From contig CAVNZM010000007.1 in NCBI GenBank assembly GCA_963693365.1, positions 8,491,962 to 8,555,961 on the forward strand: a stretch of 64,000 nt of DNA, read 5' to 3'. The DNA comes from Amoebidium appalachense. Taxonomy: Eukaryota; Protista; Ichthyosporea. Position numbers and translations under genes: made by a program. This document shows, piece by piece, positions 63,337 to 64,000 of this stretch (position 1 is the first letter of the stretch; every line of letters starts with the position of its first letter). The notes beneath the pieces were generated by a model. The model searched no databases. It saw only the letters and a program-made list of their open reading frames with translations, and was not told the DNA's origin.

Positions 63337-63417
63337 GAACACCTGGCCTGAAAGCAAACCTGTGGTTGCACAGCTCGCAGTACTGCTTCTTGCTGTGCTG
63401 CAGCCATTGTTCGAGAC
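46744..63417 (-). CDS. MARCHF6: ERAD E3 ubiquitin ligase MARCH6/Doa10; the 5' end lies beyond the window. Approximate exons: 63343-63417, 61957-62072, 61253-61348, 60498-60661, 58049-58823, 56788-56975, 56084-56268, 54663-54862, 53463-53546, 52801-52929, 51810-51941, 50906-51071, 50319-50478, 49880-49949, 49334-49507, 48399-48623, 47658-47790, 46744-46956
   Basis: End of the RING-CH domain [20 protein letters not shown]; ELVGLTGP; TD domain [18 protein letters not shown]...FLHWLVGM...[15 protein letters not shown]; PIDLLLFH; [11 protein letters not shown]; C-terminal element [14 protein letters not shown]. Confidence 0.92.
47997..48103. mobile_element. ~107-bp fold-back MITE with TTAA target-site duplication (Kolobok/piggyBac-type target)
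   Basis: TIR CAACCACCGCTTCTCC[T/C]ATTTTAGACC (26/27 match), flanked by TTAA at 47993-47996 and 48104-48107. Confidence 0.75.
52281..52375. repeat. ~95-nt poly-G tract, the longest of the many intronic G/C homopolymers
   Basis: Directly visible. The exact length may be unreliable in the assembly. Confidence 0.85.
52508..52794. repeat. Four ~45-bp purine-rich units (GCATGGGAGAG..GAGGGAAGTGAAAGAGGGAC..AGA) separated by poly-G spacers
   Basis: Directly visible in a MARCH6 intron next to the donor site. Confidence 0.75.
53682..54323 (-). mobile_element. Non-autonomous retroelement with 190-bp direct terminal repeats (pseudo-LTR partial tandem, 452-bp period) inserted in a poly-G/C tract; copy A
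   Basis: Repeats 53682-53871 and 54134-54323 are identical by eye. A G7 run at 54127-54133 precedes the second repeat, and G-runs flank both ends. No credible ORF. Confidence 0.9.
59046..60147 (-). mobile_element. Diverged, longer relative of the poly-C retroelement, interrupted by a MITE
   Basis: Shares GGGGGTTT[A]AATGCG, TCCTCAGGG.GGGCCCA.GTCATC, GAGTTTCGACCC and TGAACATGGGAGGGTCA.CCCGTCTTGATCA.AGA.GAGCAGGGTT.CTTATGC with copies A/B. It appears to run to a G-rich tract at 60148, but that boundary is uncertain. Confidence 0.7.
59220..59773. mobile_element. 554-bp MITE with TA target-site duplication (Tc1/mariner-type)
   Basis: The left end TGGTGCCGGTAGTCTGTAGCACTC and the reverse complement of the right end TGGTGCCGGAACTCTGAAGCCCTC match at 20/24. 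TA lies on both sides, and removing the insert restores the host element. Confidence 0.8.
62552..63190 (-). mobile_element. Non-autonomous retroelement with direct terminal repeats (450-bp period) inserted in a poly-G/C tract; copy B
   Basis: Repeats at 62552-~62739 and 63002-63190, with G7 at 62995-63001. Both repeats share variants absent from copy A (ACACGGT, CATACACG, GCAACATCATCC). Confidence 0.9.
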
Positions 63418-63648
63418 TGCAAAAAGAAACACGGGGTGAGGCAAAGGAACTGTTCATGCAGCATGTGAAGGTGTGACTACATAGAACAGCGGAAACCACG
63501 TCTGCAAACTTCCAGGGGGACAAACCCACACATCCCCCCCCCCCCTTCCCCACCACTACCACCACCACCACCACCACACGCACACACACCACAAGGTGAC
63601 TCCAGGACAGCAACACACACATACGAACACATAACATCTGACAATGTA

Positions 63649-63719
<71 letters not shown>

Positions 63720-64000
63720 TGTGGGCCAACGACAACTGCCCTTCGCCCATCCAATTTCCTTCTATCCCCCATAGTCGTTTCTAGTGAACTACAAGTACGT
63801 GTGGTACAGGCAACCGAGCATGAAATACAACGTAGGTAGGAAACAAAGAAACGCTGAGCAAGTGGGCAAAAGAGCGAGGAAGCTGGAGCATGTCCGTGTG
63901 TCCGTGTCCGTGTTCGTGTCCGTGTGTGTGTGTGTGTGTGTTGTGTGTGCGTGCGTTTGTGTGTGTGCGTGCGTGTGTGCGCACACGAGCGCGGGCGCGC

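Overview
Eukaryotic genomic DNA, probably from a unicellular opisthokont/holozoan-type protist (inferred from protein similarity; the organism cannot be fixed from sequence alone). The introns are GT-AG and are packed with poly-G/poly-C tracts and (CA)n/(GA)n microsatellites, so nearly all listed ORFs are repeat artefacts. Six genes are supported: the 3' part of exocyst subunit Sec5/EXOC2 (+), a ~20-exon short-type ABCC/MRP transporter (+), an intronless AVT/SLC38-like amino-acid transporter (+), an intronless stand-alone RGS protein (+), SPF30/SMNDC1 (+), and a 5'-partial MARCH6/Doa10 E3 ligase (-). Mobile DNA includes a 5'-truncated LINE remnant and two MITEs. The most striking feature is a family of small non-coding retroelements with at least 6 copies. 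All six end at a poly-C/G tract inside an intron (two in an inferred 5'-UTR intron) and are co-oriented with the host gene. They share a fixed C-tailed 3' end and have variable 5' ends. The two complete copies are partial tandems of a ~450-bp unit, with ~190-bp direct repeats (pseudo-LTRs). The unit carries a conserved multi-stem fold, and three of the 5' junctions cluster in the apical loop of that fold. This looks like a non-autonomous Penelope-like or retrozyme-like element, possibly with an unrecognised RNA-processing motif.
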